A stretch of DNA of 63,939 nt, the filler included, from Catajapyx aquilonaris (lineage: Eukaryota): assembly GCA_000934665.2 (NCBI GenBank). It is 4 parts of 4 records of this genome, joined end to end, with 100 filler letters (N's around TTAATTAATTAA, not from the genome) between each part and the next. Parts side by side here need not be neighbours in the genome. Positions count along the whole stretch, not along the records: positions 32,343 to 48,399 come from JYFJ02007308.1; positions 48,500 to 63,939 come from JYFJ02007402.1; 2 more parts are not named here. One strand, given 5' to 3'. This document shows positions 48,030 through 61,566 of the stretch, piece after piece. Position numbers and translations under genes: made by a program. The notes beneath the pieces were generated by a model. It was not told the DNA's origin and did not search any database. It saw only the letters and a program-made list of their open reading frames with translations. The first letter of the stretch is position 1. Every line of letters begins with the position of its first letter.

Positions 48030-48399
48030 AATTTCCGAGCATAATTATGTGACATCACATTGCGAGTGACACTTTTTCACCCACTGGCACCCGACGGAAA
48101 AAGTTGAAATCGTTTTTCAAAACATAAACTCTCCTAGGTACTATTGGAAACATCTGTAAGGATGATGGATGAGCACATACAGTCTATTCCTGCATGACAG
48201 TCACTGTCCATTTCACAAGTGAGTTTGCTAAAAGTATAATATGAGGGGTGTGGTGGGAAAAGGAGACAACCCGCAAAGGTGTAATTTTTCAGGAGAGCGA
48301 ATTTAAGGGCGCACGATCACGACGATTTTTCCCACTCGCGGAGGGCAAGTTGGGCCGAGGGACGGGTGCTGCGTTGTGTTCGCACCGCCGGTGTAGCCG

Positions 48400-48499
48400 N
48401 NNNNNNNNNNNNNNNNNNNNNNNNNNNNNNNNNNNNNNNNNNNTTAATTAATTAANNNNNNNNNNNNNNNNNNNNNNNNNNNNNNNNNNNNNNNNNNNN
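48400..48499. other. Artificial contig linker
   Basis: 44 N + TTAATTAATTAA + 44 N. Confidence 0.97.
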
Positions 48500-48653
48500 C
48501 TGACTTAAAAAGCAAGTTGTTGAGTAGTGCATTAAAAACCTGTGAATAGTTCATTTTTACGGTACCTAGGACCATTTTTCGATTATCCGTGTTTTCAGAT
48601 TATCCGGCGACACCTGTGCAGTCATTAGCCCGGATAATCGGGAGTACAGTGTA
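48500..48653. mobile_element. End of a Tigger/pogo-like element
   Basis: Repeated GATTATCCG then inverted CGGATAATCGGGAGTACAGTGTA, typical Tigger-like subterminal structure. Confidence 0.5.
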
Positions 48654-51521
48654 AATTATGCCAATGAGGTTTGCTCTGGTAACAGTATAAGGTGGGCTTT
48701 TATCGAATGTGTAGTTCGTTTGTTATTTGTTATTGAGCATTGACTGCGGGTGTATAATGTGTTGCTGTACTGTTTTATTAATTTTGATCGCCTTGTTCCG
48801 GACAGAAAGTATTAAATGTCATAATCCTGCGGTCAGTGTTAAAGTTGGGCTACACAAACGTGGTAATCACATTAAATTGCGTTGATGGTACGGTACGGAC
48901 AAAGCTGTCATTTAGATTGCAGCATGTTTTTTGCTGTGAAAAGTGCAGCGCAAAACCACCATGATGACGCACGTCATGAATTTCTAATAGATTGCACTAC
49001 ATTGATGCAGCTGTACAGTATCAAGACCATTTCGGTTATAATATTTGTAGCAGTGTATTTAAAAAACCACATTAGTGTAATTTAAAATATATATATCCAA
49101 ATTCAAACACCCTGTAGGCCTATACAATCTCGGTGATAATGTTAAACACATCACATACCCGCGAAAATGGTTGAATTTTGGGTTGCAGCTAGACGACGTC
49201 ACTGAGCATATCACTATATCAGTCTGCCCGACCATTTTGGTTGAAATATTAATCATGTACATTTCAAACTAATGTCGTAATGCCCGTGTGTCGGCCACAA
49301 TTATATGAATTACAACATAAACATGACGAGTAGATTATGTTCGGCGTGTTTTATGGCGGTGAGAGTGGGAGGCAGCAATGTCACTACTTGTCATTTTCAT
49401 AAATGTAACCTGTTATTTTGGGTTGTTTTTGGGTTTGATCCCTTCAATGATCACTTAGTGAGAATGGCCGATTATATCTGATAAATTTGAGTATTGGGGT
49501 CAAACAATGTTAATGACGATTGTTGAAAATAATAAGCACAGATAGCCAAAAAAATGTACTTAGCACATGGTATGTGCAGTCTTGCTTCCTTGCTTTTTCG
49601 TAGGCTGAAATAGCATATCATTATAGGCCTATTATTTTCATTTTATGGATGGACTACTGCTCTTAAAACTTCAAAAGGTAAGAGAAACTATTGTTGTTGA
49701 ACATAATACAACATAGAGTATACTGGGGAAAAACAAGATATTTTTTTTCTTTTATGTAGGCTGAAATAACTTAAACATTGCGTCACTCATAATAAGGAAA
49801 AGTATTTAAGTAAATATTCCCCATAGCATAAATTAGCTCCAAAGTTGCCTCAAACTCTGCTGCTGGTTTCCCTAGTGACAAATGGTCATTAAATATTGAA
49901 GAAGCCCAAAGTAGCTGGGTCACTTGGGTAATTTTAAGTCTCTTTGATTTTACTCAACTTTAACAGGCTGACCTTGTTACTGAGAAAACCATAACGTCTT
50001 GAAGCTAAGCCCATAGCATCGACGTCAGTAGCCAGACTCCGAGAGAAAATCAAAATATTGTTGCAAGCAAGAGTTGATGGAGTACTGTACACTTGCTCGT
50101 TAGTCTAACAAGGAAGACTTTGGCTGCTGTTTTCTCTGGCTTCTCTTTCAGTCGCTTCTTCCAAAGTTATGTTTGCAAAATAATGAATTATTACAACAAC
50201 TTCTCTGTGAAGTACAGTGCCGCACATGTGCCACAAGACTACATAATTATATACAGTGTGTACAATGTAATTTCCAAACTTCATTAACAGTCTAAGACAC
50301 CCTCCTTATTGAATAGTTTATGCACAATGTATCGATACTTAAAAAATGCTTGGATTTTGTAGTACAGTATTCCACACTGCCACTGAAATTTTGGACCGCT
50401 CTGTGCAATCTGTGGATTGGGAGAACGTGGAGGGGACCGGGTTGGAGTTGAATAATCGATATTATTTGTGCCCTTCGAATCAATAGCAAATCCACAAATT
50501 AAATCTCCGTTCACATAATTTGCCAACGCTAATGAACAAATATTTTATCTCTGTTGAGTGAGTAGAATATTGTACAGTATTTCCGTGCACAGCATACTTG
50601 AGCCTTTGTTGTCATATTATTCTATTATGATTATCATATAATTATGCCATTATTATATTATGCAATGCAGTATAACTCATATGCAAACACTCTCGCCTCC
50701 CTTGCAGAACCGCATATTGAAGGATGCATTTGCACCTAATTAGCCTCAGTAATGCATTACGCTTGAGTTACCACTGCTAATTATAACAACATAATTATTA
50801 TTACCAGAGTAATATCTTATCAAGGGTTATCAACCTGGGACGAACATTACAGTTCGCCAGAACATATTCGCATGAAATAAATAACCATAAGACCCTCTAT
50901 ATACCTGAAGTGCCTGATCGGATATGGTACCCGCAATCGCTCCATTTGTATTGCGGCAGATGAGGACAGCTCCACATCGCATTAGGTTGATCCGGTGCCA
51001 ATCCGATTACATTTAATCGCCGGGTATTGCGTCACCAGAAGAGCTCAATTAACACGGAAAAGTGGGCCGGGCAAAAATCCCGCCTCTCTCTATACGGTAT
51101 ATATCGGCCAGGCTAATGCCCATTTTTCGTGCCCTTTCACCCGGACTCCTTCCGGACGAACTCTGTGTAAGAAAAATGCCAGGCATGCCAAGTGGGGATG
51201 ATTTGGTCCTCCTCGGAGGGTAGGCCGCCCCGGGGAGGATCGGCCTCCCTTCAAGTGTCCGCAATAATTTGTCCTCCTTGACTAATGGTGGGGCTGTAGC
51301 GAAGGGAACAATATCGCTAATGGAAGAAAATTGTGCAGGTATTGTGCCGGGCGTGACATGTCGCGATGATCAATGTCGAGGCGGTCCTCTGCGACTTGCC
51401 ACCATAAGTCACAACGAGGCCTATTCAAGTCAATTATAGGACACTAATATCTCGAATTGTCATACTCTGAGTGGACCCCCACAATACAATTAATATCGTC
51501 AATAATAATAAGAATAATAAG

Positions 51522-51522
<1 letters not shown>

Positions 51523-51600
<78 letters not shown>
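51523..51600. repeat. (ATC)n microsatellite
   Basis: About 26 perfect units. Confidence 0.95.
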
Positions 51601-51602
<2 letters not shown>

Positions 51603-51717
51603 TAACCCTCTGATATTTATTTACATGCAAAAATTGTGTTTGTTATGAGTTCGATAAATTGCTTTTTATTAAAATAAAAAGCAAATTTGTCGAACTCAAA
51701 ACAAACTATAGTATAAA

Positions 51718-51990
51718 AGTATGAAAAATCGGAGTCCCATGCCACTTCGGATATAGTAGACCAGAGTCCCACGCCAGATAATCCCCTACAATATTTTAAC
51801 GATTTTAACAACTTTTGACGTTAATTTCACGTAAAGATGTGTAATGACCATTATTCCATTGAGACGATATTTTAACTTGAAATTGTCCGTCAAAAGTTGT
51901 TAAAATCGTTAAAATATTGTAGGGGACTATCTGGCGTGGGACTCTGGTCTACTATATCCGAAGTGGCATGGGACTCCGATTTTTCAAACT
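51718..51990. repeat. Near-perfect inverted repeat (~100-bp arms), probable MITE
   Basis: GAAAAATCGGAGTCCCATGCCACTTCGG...ACTTTTGACG and its inverse; produces identical ORF N-termini on both strands. Confidence 0.85.
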
Positions 51991-51992
51991 AC

Positions 51993-52060
<68 letters not shown>
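51993..52060. repeat. (ATT)n microsatellite
   Basis: About 22 units directly after the inverted repeat. Confidence 0.95.
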
Positions 52061-52061
<1 letters not shown>

Positions 52062-55000
52062 GTGTCTATGCCCAACTTGGCAATCCGAAACGGGGGAGAA
52101 TTTATGTTATTATTATAATCACGATTTTTGAGTATATAGGGCTAACCATCTACAGCAATAATTGCAATACGATACTTTCCCATCCTGCCCCAGCGAAGAA
52201 GCCTTTCTTAGCAACGAGGGCGGGGTCGGTGTGCTGAAGCCATGCGCTTATAAAGTTAGAGTAATTGGGAAGCCAAGTCGTCACGTTCTGCTCCGGTGGC
52301 TCGAATGTGGAGGTAAAGAGTGATCACAGGAGCAAATGGGATCTGATGGCCACTCCTGGTTCTGGAGGAAAAACTCTGCCCAGCAAACCGTCTGGCAACC
52401 TGCTCTGGCAACCCTCCTATCCGCCCAACCCTTATTCTGGCAACTCTGCTGCAGACCAACTTCTCCCTTAGCTCCCTCTAGAGGGGGGGCGGGGGTGACC
52501 CGAGAAGACAAGTAATGGATGCAATTATAAGGAGGATGGCTCCTGCGTGTTCACTCTTTTCGACTCCTAACCGATTTATACCAAGCGCTGCAGGGCATTA
52601 GGTCCAATCAAGTCGGGTTGCGTGCCTTTGCAGGGAAAGATGCGTATCTGCGCAATGGGTGTGTGTAAAATGGGCCATTTTCTATTACCGGGATCGAGAA
52701 AGTCGCGTCTATCAATTTAGATAAGCACGTGGGAAAATTGGGACCCAGCATCCGATTGGTCGCCGCCAATAAGCCCGGCACGCGATTGGGCCGGAAAGAG
52801 CTCCATCTAGCGGCCTCCTGGTCAAACATCCATCATATTTGCCCCCAGAGTAGTCACCTCCTTTCCAGGAAGATGCATCGCCTAATGCGCAAAGGCAATC
52901 TTCATAATACAAAATTCCATCTAATCTTGAAAAACCGCGCCCCCCACCATCCCCCTCCCCCTTCTACTATATTCCATTCCATCCGTTGGCTGAAGGAAAC
53001 TTTTCATCTCGCCTCCAGGCTTTCCCGGAATCGCATTCCGGGTTCCCTTCCATCCGGATTCCTCTGCGGACTCAAGCTAACGGAGCGCCGAATTTCTCAT
53101 CGAGCCTCATCGACGCCTGTTTTCGCCCATGAGGAACACAGCCCAAACCCAATACATACATATAAACCTTAGAAATAAATGTGGGCCATTCATCCTCATG
53201 TCGCACTCTCTTGTGTATTGGCTCCAAGAACGGATTTCCGGGAGCTAGGATTTATCTGGATTATTTTCCGGGGAGTTAGCAGGCCAGCAAATCTTTCTGT
53301 TGGGAGCCCTGGTTTTGCTACTAGGCTGCTTCATTAACCTATGCAGGGGTTTAATGAGCCAATTCTTCATTGCAAATTAGCATTTTAGCACTTAAGGTGG
53401 ACTAATAGGGTATGATCCACTGGAACTGTGTGCTATTAATCAGCCTTTCAGCGGATAACCTTAACGATCTGACCGGATCAACCTGAGTATCTGTTGTTCG
53501 CAGTATTGTCGAGAGGTTTATACAGGGTGTTTAACAAGAAGACATTGTGATTGTAAAATTGTGTCGACAGAAATATTTTTCTGCCAAATTTTTACTGTTT
53601 GGCAAACCCCGAAATTCCTGCAGTCTCCAATAGCAAACGGGGTTCTCTGAAAGCCCGTCACTTTCACTTCGGATTGGTCAGCAGCCCTTTGGTTGGCCCC
53701 ATCCGCCCCTGCAAACGAGATTGGATCGTGGAAGTGACGTGCCTCCGGAAAAATCAGAGACAAAAGTCCATCCGCCGCGGTGACAACTCCCCGAATAGCT
53801 CCGGAGAAACGTCTTTTGTCTGAATGTTCTCGTGTAATGAAGCTCGGACAGGCCTCTGGAACGGGTTGTAAGTCGGCTTGACGCCCTAATTTCACTTTGA
53901 AGACATCTTCATTACTCGCCTCCACTCAACTCACCCAAGCCTCTCTCTCTCCAGCACTTTTATTCCCAGCCGCATAGTTCCATGAGGCTTTACTGCACAC
54001 TGTTTAATCTTCTTCGTCGATATTTCCCTTTTGTTCTTGCAGGCAAATTTCCACCACCAGACCTCCGGATTCAGCCTTTGTGCGGGAACCCTATATTCAT
54101 TAAATACCTCCTGGCGAAACACCTCGTATTGAATAACATTTTTTTTAGGTACCATAATCTAGTTGAGTTTTCATCACAAACCATCCAGGGTGTGAACCAA
54201 TCACCAGTGGCGAACCATCACTACGGAAGATTGTCGTCCAACATGAAACACAGGCCTTCTACGATCCACCGCAGCTGCTTTAAGCATGGAAGAACAGGCC
54301 ACGAAATTTATTACCCCCGCCTCTCAAAGGAAGGCATGAATAATAATGTAAATTATTGAACGGAAAATTAAGGAAGCCGGCTGGCAGAACGAGCCGCTTA
54401 GAAAGCCTTTGCCTTTTGTGTGTCCCACCCGTCCCTTGGCTGCTGATAATCCCTACTTGCTTGTTTCCATGCAGTTAACTAATTCCCGCTCTGGTTTCCA
54501 TGATCCAGGGTTCGGCCCTAGCCTCCAGCTCGCCTCAATTGTTCCTAACTCTTGGAGAGCTGAGAAACTGCCAAGTCGCTCACCCGTGAACTGGACTTCA
54601 GACGGTTTTCCTATATCTGAAAGTGGGTGGGGATGGAGGGTGCCAAGTGGTGGATGGGGGATTTGGACAGTTGGGCGAATCCTGGAAGTTCATGTTCGGT
54701 TGTGAATGGTCTCGGATATCATGCGAAACATTGGTACAGTGAGGTGTCAAAAAAAAATTATGCATGATGATGACAAAGGTGCTAAGTATGCAGTGGTAAA
54801 ATATTAAATGGTGTTGGAAGTGTGACTCGCCCACTTGGCCACTTGCATTCACTTTAAAATTAAAGCTGAAGAAGTAAATCTTTCCCAATCTGGAACATCG
54901 CACGAATAAATCTGCCTGACTTGTTACTAAAATGTTTTAGATAAACTTAGTTGAGTTGAGAGATTAATCGTGCTCAGTTCTCTGAAACTCATGATTACTG

Positions 55001-58000
55001 GATTCTTAATGGATAGGAAAACTTGCAAATTTAGGTAAATATTAGCATATTCTAATGAATATAGGGGCCAGTAGTTGCAAATTGCATTATACAAACATGG
55101 ATTGGGATCATTTATTAACAAGGTGCAAGAGGTTATTGCACCTATGGCCGTCGCACCACAGATACATTAGCTATATCATATTTAATGAATGTTATTGATT
55201 GTTTACTAATTATTATTTCCAACATATTACTGCATCCAACCTGATACAACAGCCCTTGAAAGTGCATGTAATGGAGAATTAAATAAATACTGTAGTACAT
55301 TTTTTAAGTACCCTTAGGGGGGGTGGGCATACCACCATATTTGGAAACATGTGTATAAATTTTACAATATTAGTAGTACAATATTAAAGTAACCGTTAAC
55401 TAATTATTTTGCTTATATCTATTCATTTTATTGCTGTTATCGTTGCAAATGATAATTTTTATATGGCTCCATCCAACGGCTTGTTATTTTAAAAAAAATA
55501 AAGACGAAACTCCAACATTTTGTTCCCTTTCACATAATTTTTTGTATCCATCTTATCCAAACCATCAAATCCTTGAACCCCAAAAAACCACCCAGCTAAT
55601 CAGCAGATCTGACCATTCTGCACGTTCTGACAACTTCCTCGTGGACAATCCGAAATTCCCCCTTCCTCGGACCCCCATTCCCCCCCCCCTTCTCCTTGGA
55701 TGTTGTCTAGCTGTGCAAATTCATTTCGGACCAAAGGCCGTTTCGGTGTAATGAAAGAGGACAGCAAGGAGAGCCGAAGAGAGTGACGAGGACAAGTGGG
55801 TCCGGATCGAAGCAAGGACAGCACGAAGAAATCCGGTGGAATTAGCTTGATCCCTCGGAGCTGCTACGACTGAGGGGATTTACCCAGCAGCATCAGACTA
55901 CAAATGCTGGCAGCAGACAAACAGTTCAATGCTGGTCCTCTATACAATGTACCTACCACCACTAGGTATGTTTTTTTTTTAAATAAAAAATATAAAAACA
56001 TAAAAAAGGGAAGAGACAGACGTCCTGGGGAAGATGGCTGCCAACATGGCTCCAGTGTCGCGCACCAAATCTCTTCGCCCATCGTTGCCTGGCAACCGGA
56101 AAGCCTACCTTCCACCAGCAGCAATCCTCCTTTTCCTTGGACCCTGATGCTGCTTTTAGTCGAATTTTAGATGGAAGGGAGAGAACCCCCCCCTCTCTAA
56201 ATGAGGGGTCGCTTCAGTCTTCCGGAAAATGTGTTTCCACTTTTTTAATAGTATTATTTAAACGAAGGGGGAGACCTTGTCTGCTTCATCAATTTTCCCA
56301 TACTAATTTCATTTCACCTTTTTAAAGCCCAAATATAACTCGTGTGAGTCGAGTTTTTTTCTTTGAACGCAAAATGGGGTGGGGGGGACTCAGGTGCGGA
56401 CGAAATTGAATAAAAGAGCTGGAAATTTAATGAGGCTTGCAGGTGACCGCTTCGTAATAATACTTTCATGAAAGTCTGCGAACGACATGCGCCCTGTATA
56501 ATGAACAGGGAAAAATAATACAGGGGAAAATGCTTGCAGTTTCCAGTGCCAAAATACGTGCAGTGGAGAGGGGGCTTAAACCACTTTTGAAACAATAGTT
56601 TTAATGGGCGGTAATGTCAACCGAAGAGTTCCAAGGGCTGCGTGTGATTGTGAGAGAAACAATGATGGAGTGTTTTCTAGGCGCTTGACTGTTGAAAATT
56701 TCAAGTGCAATGTAGTAGACCGAATGAAACGTGTCAATTATGTGCAATGACGCGTTCTAGAACTGTCCATCCGCCACAAATGAGGTGGAATGTTTCTCAC
56801 CTGAAAATACGTCACCCTTTGTTTTTATCCATTTCTGACACCGTCACCATATCAAGTACATACCTCCAAAAACGTCAATTTTTCCCGCACAAAAAATGAG
56901 TTATTCGGCACATTTTGAAAGGGAATGAAAATTTTCACTCAGCTAGCTCCCCATGTCACGGTCCGTCACACTGACATCCCTAAGCGTGACGTATACTTTA
57001 GCCGATACCCTGCTTCTGATTGGTGCTTGGACTGCTTTTGTGACGTCAACGCTGGCATCCTCAACTTCTTCCGTTAGTAAAACGTGACGGGTAATAACTG
57101 AAAGCTCCCCGTAGGGTGAAAAAATCCAATAACGACACTTTTATTATGGATTTGACGTCAGTGGAATTGCATCCTATTCTAGGTTCCTCCGGGTGGCATT
57201 TCACTATCAGGAATGATTTATGAGCATCTAGCTCCGATTTTCCTGCACACAAGATCACGTCATCCTTGAAGAATGAATCCCTGTGAAAAAAAGAAGCCCT
57301 CCCCTTTTCTTCAGTCCAAAGCATACTTGAATGATGATGGAAGTTGTGTCCCTATTAGCAAGTTTTCTAGAGGTCATTGCAAGAGAATCCTCTTCTTCCG
57401 TCTCTTTACGACTCTATCTTTTGCGGCTTGGCAACTAACTGCTTGTTAAGAAAGAGCCAACTTCCTTCTTCAACTGTGCCCCTGCAGCTGTACATGGCTC
57501 CCAGATGGAACTGAAAAGTTTTTTACCTTTTCCCTCAAAAAGAAGAAAATATCGAGCCGAATGTCCCCCCTTCCTTCAAGAGACAAGAAGCAAAATCTGG
57601 GCTTGGAGGATGACACTTGAAGAATGCTCTGCTGGGTACCAACCCTCTCTTTCAGTGTCACCACTGACGGATACTGTACAGAACGAATGTTTTTTGCTCC
57701 ACCAAAAGTTAAGTCATAGATGTCATATCTAGAAAATAATAAATGTCACAGAGGTTCTGCCGTGCACTATCTGGTTGGATTTTAATTGGAAAGTTAGCGG
57801 AATGTGTCTTGGTCACATTGGAAGCATAATAATTTTCAGTGTTTCCATGCCGTTTCCTGGTGACGAGTGTCCTGTGTGAAGTCGAGGGGTTTTGTTGCGC
57901 GCGCGCCAACGTGAACCAGAAATCGATGCCTTGCTTTGCAAAGTGGGCTCTACATAAAAATGCTTCTCCAAACTGAGCAAGAATGTGCCTGCCTCGCCAA

Positions 58001-58739
58001 CTGAAAGGCCTCCCAGGGGTATCCCACTCCTGTACACAATTGCATGACCAGAGAAGAGTGAAGCTTTTGTACGGAACAGCACCGCGACGCACTTCTGGGG
58101 GAAATGTTTTCTGCATCTCAGAAGCACCTGGAGAACCCCAAAAGTTGCACCCTGAAAACCTAGCCTACCAACTTACTATAGGCTGGAAATGAATGGAGGG
58201 TCGTTTTAGAAAACGAGGCTGTTAAAAGTTGCTCAAGTTAGGCTACAAGTGCAGTAAAACTGGGTGCATAAATACGAAAAGTTGCCTTATAACAGCCTAT
58301 GGAAAAGGCTTTTCTTGTGTGTGGAACATCCAGCGACAACATGCTGCATGCAAACATCATTTTCTGTTTTCTAGCTCCAGGGATTCCCAGCCTTAAAGCT
58401 GGATGATGTATCATGCGAACTTTAAAATTAAATTGCAAATTTTAAAAAACATGCGCAATATTACAGGTCGCATTTTCCCAATGGCACGCTCTAAAAGTCA
58501 GGAGGGAAGATGGATAAGTTCTTTGTTTTTCAGCCAATTTCAAAAGAGCAGGCTTGGGCTGAAGAACTGCTGAATAAACCAGAGATGTCGTTGATGCATG
58601 CGATGCGGAATGAATACCTTCGCAGGATCACATCTCGAGGGGCAATCCATTCGGATGGAGCCGCGGTTTTGGCCTCTAGGTCTCCTTTTTCCTCTCACAA
58701 GTCTCAATTTCCATGCCAATTTCCGTTTTGGTGTGCGTG

Positions 58740-59913
58740 GGATCAATGAAACGAGAAGTATCTGAGCACTGGCTTCAAGTTGGGCGATAACTTCAAGACT
58801 GAAGAAAAGCATGCTAGACTTGCAGCTGTGACAACTTGAGTGGAATTTATTTGCACACCGACAGACTCAGCCAGGCGACAAGAACAGAATGTATACTAGA
58901 AGTTTCCTACGAGAGACAGGTCGCAGTTTCCAGCTCTGAATAAGCCGCGTTTCTATATATAGGGAGACTATTATACCGCACGGTGGTTTATACTTTCCAC
59001 CGTCTTTCCTTTAGTAGCAAATACAGTTGAATTTTCCGCAAATGATAGAATTTTGATTATGACATGGTAGGACTACTCTGGGAAAGTCATTATTGCAGTA
59101 CACCATTGTGTGTGCCTTCGACTACAAGTATAAGTGGAAATACAAGAATAATTATTCGTCTAATCATAACTCTGCGGTTTTATTATGCTCACTAGAGGCT
59201 GACTCGTGATATACAGTATAATACAGTAGAAACAGTATATTTTAAAATAATTATACATTTGGAAACTTTTTCATAAAGTTGGTCAACACACATGCACCTG
59301 TGCAATGGGTTGCATCCGCCAGGATGAACGAAGAATCTCAGACGACAATCTTTTTTATCGGGATTGTACACCTGAACTCCGTGTTCATGCCTTCCACCAG
59401 CATAGTGATATCGTACTGCTTTAAAAACCCAGGCACTACATACCCTTTTGTCTAGCGCCAGTGCCCTGTGTCTGACAGGGATTTCCATAGCCTAATTTTG
59501 CTAGCAGGCCGGACATATCCTCCAAAATTACACTAATGCATAGCAACCCCTTGAGACAATAAAGTGGGCTAAACTTCTCCAAACAAAGCGACGGTATCGC
59601 CACCCCTCCCGGAAAACGCAGCACCACGGGCTTGAACTGCAGTCATGTAAAGTAGCGAAAAGGTAAACCTCGACGGAACGTAATGGACTGAGCAACATTT
59701 GTTGTAGTGTTTGCAGATAAGCGGGGAATGATCCCAAAGAAGAGAGATGTGCACAGCAGCCCACGATGCGTGCTCGGTGTAACAACCCTACCAAATGCAA
59801 GTATAGGCCTATCTCTAGAGGCCCACCTCTGCTCCTCTGCATAATACCTTTACAGGGAGATTGCAACCCCATTCCCTAATCGCTCTTTCTTTCAAATAAT
59901 CTGGACCACCCTG
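58740..59913 (+). mobile_element. Highly decayed mariner transposon
   Basis: Collinear fragments FKLG..TEEKHARLAAV, CA.WV..MNEE, SIV...HYIP..RQ, LPENAAP (HDNAxPH-like) and CIIPLQGD, then GGACCACCCTG end. Confidence 0.5.
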
Positions 59914-61420
59914 TCTATACAGAGTGAGTCAGAACTGCAGTTCATCCTAGAACCATCAGCCTAAAATGTAGGTGTCAGAAAAGTACAAAATATATACTGA
60001 ATACATCCCACTCATCCGACCTATACCAAATTAATTCCTGGATATGTCCCTTCAGCGTAGAAGAGTCGAATCAGTCACGTCCCGACGAACAACCATCGTC
60101 AACTAGCAAATATTTCTGGGAGAAATCCCACCAAAAATTCTCTTCATTTTTCCAACTCCTTTTTTTTTTGCAAACCCTCCTTTTTTTCCCAGACTCGCCT
60201 TCATTCGCAAGGATCATTTGCATGGAAGCTCAGCATGAATATGGATGGTGGGAGAACGCTGCGGCGGTTATAAATACAGAAATTCAGTTAATAGAAGTCG
60301 GAGCTTTTTTGATACTAATTTACGCTCACTTGCAAACTCCCAAAACTTTGTCCAAGTAACTTAGGCACGTTAGTAAAGCTATCTTCTCCAAGCTTGCAAT
60401 CTATAAATTGCTATTTTTTTTCTTTCAACACCGGATCGTTTAAGGAGCGAATTCTACCCAAAATTTGAAACGCAGCACATCTGCGCATATTATCATCATG
60501 AAAATTTGATAGCATCTAAATCAATATGTAGGCCTAATGGCAATTTTGTCCCCCCAAAATAACTCATAACCTCCTAGATGAAAGGCTACATCGCTAATCT
60601 TAAGTTAGTAGTAGTTATTAATAAATATAACATGGCTACAAATACTGTATATGATGGCTATAAATATTTTTCACTCCATTAATATTTATTTATTATTTGT
60701 TTATCTGTTTGTTTAACTACTGCATTAATATTTTCCCCCCAATGTAGACGTTGTCACTCACTCGGGGGTGTACAGTGTACAGTACATTACTCACAAAAAT
60801 TGCACTCTTGGCAATTTGCTCATGAGCTGCTCCACATTTTCCCTTTAACTCAAACACAGAGCCTTCATCAAGCGAGGTGGGCTCGTTTCGCGTTGGATGA
60901 ACCCTAGCTCAAGGTAAGTCAAAACTTGGCAGTGGCCACAACAAATGACCCTAGGTGGACTGGCTGTATCACATCCCGGTGTTAGTGGCCACTAGAGAGA
61001 GTACAAAACCGCCATAGACGTCCCTACAAATTAAAATCAGTCCCTGCGGTGCATTATTCACAAACAACCCCCCCTTTAATGAGGTCGGGCCCTTCCATTA
61101 ATTCTTGTCGGCACGACTATGAAACTAGCATTAATTATGATCCCAAGGTTTCCGAAATGACCCTATCGCGTATCTATTTTGGAAGGAAGAGGACCGCTGA
61201 CGTGATATTGTGGAAGACTACAACCGGTGCTGGCATAATCAGTGAACAGCCTCCATCACAAGCTGTCATCTGTCCCACCAACCATATTTCCAACTCCGTC
61301 TTTATCATCTAATGAAGTGGTTGTAAATTCAAGCCTAAATTTAAACGATAACTAAAACGCTATAAGGCCAGACAACACTCTTCAGCTAATAATAACTGCT
61401 ATTTTTAGTAGCGGCGATTT

Positions 61421-61566
61421 CTGCGCAGGGTTAGATAGGGGTTGCGCAGGGTTAGACAGGGGCTGCACAGGGTTAGACAGGGGCTGCGCAGGGTTAGACA
61501 GGGGCTGCGCAGGGTTAGACAGGGGCTGCGCAGGGTTAGACAGGGGCTGCACAGGGTTAGATAGGG
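61421..61566. repeat. 21-bp minisatellite x7, flanked by ~78-bp direct repeats (61354-61432 / 61567-61645)
   Basis: Unit CTGCGCAGGGTTAGACAGGGG. Confidence 0.95.

Noticed and set aside
58060..58127. THAP-domain remnant (CRKHF...GAVP)
   Set aside because: The motifs are in different frames and too close together, and the N-terminal C-x-C/W residues are missing.
61421..61566. CRISPR array or repeat-protein gene
   Set aside because: Units are contiguous with no unique spacers, there are no cas genes and the context is eukaryotic; the ORF is a by-product of a 21-bp unit.
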